The notes beneath the pieces are model-generated. The model searched no databases, had not been told where the DNA came from, and saw only the letters and a program-made list of their open reading frames with translations. A program made the translations under genes and the position numbers. A stretch of 64,000 nucleotides of DNA. Source: a bacterium (GTDB taxonomy: Bacteria; UBA8248; JACPRG01; G963555815). The stretch is from positions 160,001 through 224,000 of the forward strand of contig CBDHDG010000007.1 of NCBI GenBank assembly GCA_965261595.1. Direction: 5' to 3'. Shown piece by piece: positions 59,404 through 64,000 of the stretch (its first letter is position 1; the number at the start of each line of letters is the position of its first letter).

Positions 59404-59637
59404 ATGTTGGCTACGGAGCAGAAAACGGAGCAGAAAACGGAAATCACCGCTGTCACGCTGGCGGACGCGGGAAAGGCATTCAGAGAAGAGGCGGAAGAGA
59501 TCGCCGAATCGCCCCAGGAAGCTGAAATCCTGGCAACCGCCGCGCTCCTGAACTATCTGGCCACCGAAAGACCCAAACTGCTTGAGCGGCCGCTGGAAAA
59601 TATCCGAAAGGGCGCCATCGTTTCAAGCCTTTCTTAA
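59404..59637 (+). CDS. Small hypothetical protein (77 aa)
   Basis: RBS GGAGG; helical composition; 12-bp tandem repeat encoding TEQK-TEQK. Confidence 0.7.
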   Translation: MLATEQKTEQKTEITAVTLADAGKAFREEAEEIAESPQEAEILATAALLNYLATERPKLLERPLENIRKGAIVSSLS

Positions 59638-59748
59638 GATTTCTCAGATCGGAATCCAAGACCACCGGCGTCTCCACCCGGGCGAATTTCCCTCCCTCCC
59701 TCTCGCCCGCTGGAGACGCCGGAAATAATTATCCCTTTCCATTTCAAT

Positions 59749-60656
59749 CGTATTTATATACTTGACACAGACGACCACAACATGTAGGTCGCGCCCGCGT
59801 CTCGGCTGACCACAAGATGTAGGGGCATGCTTCCATCGATCCGTTTCCAGAAGATGCGCTCTATCAGATCGTTCGGTTTCATTGATCGATAAAATCCACG
59901 CGCTGAATATCGCCCTTTTCATTGAAGTGTAAAAACAACTTTTTGTTTATATGCAATGTGTTGTTGGTTTTTCCTTTTCTTCCGTACTTAAACTCAAATT
60001 CAAGACCGCCCTCAAAAACGCCGCTTCTCTTCTGCTCTATAGGATATGTAGTGATCGTCAAACCACCCCATCCCTCCTGCAGGGATGGTATAGCTATTCT
60101 TGGCATATGGCTCTTTTGTCGGGTACAACTTATCAAATGTTGAGACGACATTTACAACCTCAAATGTCACCGGGAAAAGAGCTTTGTTGTTAAACGTAGC
60201 ACCAATCCGCAGTGATTTTACTACACCAGCTTTGTCGATTATTCTGTCAGTTCTCACACTATGAAAGTTAAGCATATCCGCAACTCTATTACGATACCGC
60301 CATTCGCTGAATCGCAACAATCCCATAGAGGAAACTGAAAACAGAATGACCGCTCCAACATATAGGTTGAACAACTGGATATGTTGCGCAAAACCGATCA
60401 TGACGCCAGCCGCCGTGACCGCAATGGGCCATATCCAGCTCCGCAGTAATTCACCCGCCAAAAAGAGGGCGACTTTGCGAAGCCAATTGAGCATGATTCA
60501 GTCATTGTATGATCCCTCTTCGGTTGAGTCAAGCGCATAATTGCGAATCCAACTCCACCATGACTTGAGTTGAAGCATGCCCCTACATCTTGTGGTCAGC
60601 CGAGACGCGGGGACGATCTACATGTTGTGGTCGTCTGCGTCAAGTACATAATTCCG
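59749..60656. mobile_element. Non-autonomous cassette 2 (IS1595-family-like mobile insertion cassette), 908 bp
   Basis: 85-bp terminal IRs (78/85 identical; 59749-59833 and 60572-60656); 8-bp direct repeat ATTTCAAT at 59741-59748 and 60657-60664; AT-rich cargo; no transposase. Confidence 0.88.
59879..60494 (-). pseudogene. Membrane-anchored hypothetical cargo protein with probable frameshift near 60045
   Basis: Two N-terminal TM segments; GWFDDHYI appears to continue in another frame as PIEQKRSGVFEGGLEFEFKYG to the stop at 59879. Confidence 0.6.
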
Positions 60657-60816
60657 ATTTCAATCCCAATCTCCCTCAACCCCCGGTATTTATCTCTGGA
60701 ATGCCCCGCACGCCTCTGCTACACTCTTTTTCTTGTTGGTCAGTGATCGACGGGCGCCGGGGTTTGCTCATGCCCCAATCTCCAGGCTCTGAAAACCCTC
60801 GGGGCGGCTTCAGCCA

Positions 60817-61494
60817 ATGGCCGGCATTTTGATCACCTTTGAGGGCATTGAAGGCTCGGGGAAAACAACCCAGGCGTCGCTGCTCGCCGATCGATTGCGG
60901 GAACAGGGACTTTCGGTTTTCCGCACCCGCGAGCCCGGGGGGACGCATTTGGGAGAGGGAATCCGGCGGCTCGTTCTCGATCCCGGACAGGAAGAGATTG
61001 ATCCCGTCGCCGAGTTGTTCCTCATGGAAGCCGCCCGCGCCCAACATGTGGCCGCGAAAATTCGCCCGGCGCTGGAAGCCGGAAAGGTGGTTCTGTGTGA
61101 CCGGTTCACCGATTCCACGCTGGTGTACCAGGGCCTCGCCCGAGGCCTGGAATGGAAGACGATCGAGGACGTGAACCTCCTGGCGGCGAAAGGCATTCGG
61201 CCACACACAACCATTGTCCTGGATCTGGACATCTCCGCCGGCCTGGCGCGGACGCGGACGCGGGCGGACGGTGCGGTTCAAGCCGATGGCTCTATTGATA
61301 CCGGCGAAACAAACCGATTCGATCTGGAAGACCGGAAATTTCACGAGATCATCCGGTCGGGGTTCCTGCGGTTGGCCAAAGAAGATCCCGGCCGGGTGAA
61401 AGTGGTCCGCGCCGCCGGTTCCGCGGAGGAAGTCCATGAAGAAGTCTGGAGGGCATTGGAGAAGACCCTCGAATCGGCGGCGCCATGCGGTTAG
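60817..61494 (+). CDS. tmk: Thymidylate kinase
   Basis: FEGIEGSGKTT, TREPGG, CDRFTDST..YQG. Confidence 0.98.
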   Translation: MAGILITFEGIEGSGKTTQASLLADRLREQGLSVFRTREPGGTHLGEGIRRLVLDPGQEEIDPVAELFLMEAARAQHVAAKIRPALEAGKVVLCDRFTDSTLVYQGLARGLEWKTIEDVNLLAAKGIRPHTTIVLDLDISAGLARTRTRADGAVQADGSIDTGETNRFDLEDRKFHEIIRSGFLRLAKEDPGRVKVVRAAGSAEEVHEEVWRALEKTLESAAPCG

Positions 61495-62531
61495 CCGAGA
61501 TCAAGGGGCAGGACCGGGCGGTGTCCGCCTTGCGGCGGGATTTCTCAACCGGCCGGATGGCGCCCTCTTACCTGTTTGTCGGACCTGAGGGCGTAGGCAA
61601 AACCACCACGGCCATCGCCTTCGCGGGTCTCCTCCTTTGCAAGGAGGGCGCTCGGGGCGGTGAATCCGAAGACGCCTGCGGCGTATGCGACGCATGCCGG
61701 AAGGTGCGGGCCGAGAGCCATCCCGACCTGATGGTCGTCCGAAGAGACGGCCGATTCATCAAGGTCGGAGAGTATGAGAAGGATCGGAAGCGGGGCGAGC
61801 CGCCTCAGATTCGGCAACTCATCGCCGCGGCGCAGCGCAAACCCTACGAGGGGCCGGTGAAGGTCCTCGTGGTGGATGAGGCCCACCGGATGAACGCCTC
61901 GGCGGCCAACGCGCTGCTGAAAACGCTGGAGGAGCCGCCGCCCGGCACGGTCATCATTCTGACCGCCGCAATGCTTGGGGCGCTGCCGCAAACGGTGGTT
62001 TCCCGATGCCGGGTGATCCGCTTCCGGAAGCTGGAGCGCTCCTGGCTGGCATCGGAGGTCGAGCGGCTTCGAGGCCGATCGGCCGAAGAGGCCCGTTTGG
62101 TGGCAAGTTTCGCCGATGGCCGCATGGACCACGCGCTTGAAGCCGACCCGGAAGAGGTCTTCGCGAGAAGAACCAAGGCCCTTGACCTCCTGGACGCGGC
62201 GCTGGAGGGCCGGACGGCCGCGGCGCTGAAAAACGTTTCCGGCGTAGGCCGGCCCGCCGAAGAGGCGGAAGCGCTCCTCGACGTGTTCATGTCCATCGTT
62301 CGCGACGTTCGCGCGGTCCGGGGAGGAGCGGAACCCGAATTTCTGGTGCACGAGGACTTGGCCAATAAGCTTGCCCGTTGCGGGTCAGCGTACACAAATA
62401 AAGCCCTGGAGGATTTGTTCGACCGCGCACGGTCGTTGCGCGCGGACATTCGCTTAAAAAACGCCAACCCGCAGCTTGGGTGGGAGTCCCTTCTGCTTAC
62501 TCCCAAGAAGCCAGCGGCGGTCGGAGGATAG
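61485..62531 (+). CDS. holB: DNA polymerase III delta-prime subunit
   Basis: GPEGVGK, CGVCDAC, HPD, ANALLKTLEEPP, SRC; follows tmk. Confidence 0.95.
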   Translation: MRLAEIKGQDRAVSALRRDFSTGRMAPSYLFVGPEGVGKTTTAIAFAGLLLCKEGARGGESEDACGVCDACRKVRAESHPDLMVVRRDGRFIKVGEYEKDRKRGEPPQIRQLIAAAQRKPYEGPVKVLVVDEAHRMNASAANALLKTLEEPPPGTVIILTAAMLGALPQTVVSRCRVIRFRKLERSWLASEVERLRGRSAEEARLVASFADGRMDHALEADPEEVFARRTKALDLLDAALEGRTAAALKNVSGVGRPAEEAEALLDVFMSIVRDVRAVRGGAEPEFLVHEDLANKLARCGSAYTNKALEDLFDRARSLRADIRLKNANPQLGWESLLLTPKKPAAVGG

Positions 62532-62535
62532 GTTC

Positions 62536-63354
62536 ATGAAGGTCCGGGTTGTGGGGCTCAATTTTCGAAGACAGAAGCGGGGCGCCCGCTATGATGCCGG
62601 GGACTTGTCCCTGCGTCTGGGAGATTACTGTGTTGTGAACACCGACCACGGCACGGAAGTCGCCCGCGTGGCCGTCAATCCCATGATCCTCCCGCGAGAG
62701 CGGATCAAAGGGAATCTTCCAAAGATCCTGAGACAGGCGACGGAGGAGGACATCGGACGATTCCGGGAGTTGGAAGCCGAGGAGGTGCGGGCGCGGCGAA
62801 CCGCCCTGAAGTGGATTCGCGGCATGAGGCTGCCGATGAAGATCTTCCAGGTGGCATACCACTTCGAAGAGGATTTCGCCACCTTCTATTTCACGGCCAA
62901 GGAGCGGGTGGATTTCCGCCAGTTGGTGCGGGAGCTCTCGGGTGAGCTGGGCATGCGGGTGGAGATGAGACAAATCGGGGCGCGGGACGAAGCCCGATTG
63001 ATGAACGGATGCGGCTCCTGCGGGCGGGATCTGTGCATCTCGAGTTGGCTGCCTGAATTCCGCCTGATCTCCATCCGGATGGCCAAGCTTCAAGACCTTG
63101 CCCTAAACCCTTCCAAGCTGTCGGGGATGTGCGGAAAACTGAAGTGCTGCCTTTCGTACGAGTTCAGGGAGTATGAAGGCGTTGCCAAAAAGATGCCCAA
63201 GATCGGAAAGCGCGTCAGCGGCTGCGCCGGATGCAGCGGGTGCGTGGTGAAACGAAACATCCTGGAGGAAACCTTCGTTATCCGCACCGAGGAAGGGGAT
63301 AGGGTGACCGCGACGCTCGATGACTACCAGGAGAGCAGGCGGCAGGCGAAATGA
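62536..63354 (+). CDS. PSP1-domain protein (RicT/YaaT-like)
   Basis: RVDFRQLV, RQIGARDEA, GSCGRDLC, SGMCGKLKCCL. Confidence 0.93.
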   Translation: MKVRVVGLNFRRQKRGARYDAGDLSLRLGDYCVVNTDHGTEVARVAVNPMILPRERIKGNLPKILRQATEEDIGRFRELEAEEVRARRTALKWIRGMRLPMKIFQVAYHFEEDFATFYFTAKERVDFRQLVRELSGELGMRVEMRQIGARDEARLMNGCGSCGRDLCISSWLPEFRLISIRMAKLQDLALNPSKLSGMCGKLKCCLSYEFREYEGVAKKMPKIGKRVSGCAGCSGCVVKRNILEETFVIRTEEGDRVTATLDDYQESRRQAK

Positions 63355-63386
63355 TGCCGGCCGCGTGAAACCGTTCACCCCCCTGA

Positions 63387-64000
<614 letters not shown>

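Overview
A 64-kb chromosomal window from a high-GC diderm bacterium (TonB, lipid-A-type modification genes and a sigma54-type promoter are present; lineage cannot be fixed from sequence alone). Most of it is housekeeping and catabolic genes: SDR, two tandem LLM oxidoreductases, a DapA-family protein, msrB, an amidase, a sulfatase, pgeF, a radical SAM protein, glnA, queD-like, UbiD, a stand-alone EF-G paralogue, split transketolase, chdC/hemQ, gpsA, archease-rtcB, groES-groL with CIRCE, hrcA-grpE-dnaJ-prmA-rsmE-purD (no dnaK), and tmk-holB-PSP1-metG. The most striking unannotated structure is at 56.3-60.7 kb: two transposase-less, lower-GC cassettes (56309-57623 and 59749-60656). Each has related terminal inverted repeats and an exact 8-bp target duplication, consistent with IS1595-family mobile insertion cassettes, and each end carries two NrdR-box-like palindromes. 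Inside the first cassette, three small ORFs are each preceded by a conserved double hairpin that shows compensatory base changes. Other notable points: an actinobacterial-style GlnR-like regulator with 11-bp-phased boxes before glnA, a HipA-like kinase/HIRAN pair, a PAP2-ArnT fusion, an amidase with a GatC/AtzG-like tail, and four in-frame nonsense codons in three otherwise intact genes. No rRNA, intact tRNA or CRISPR array was seen.
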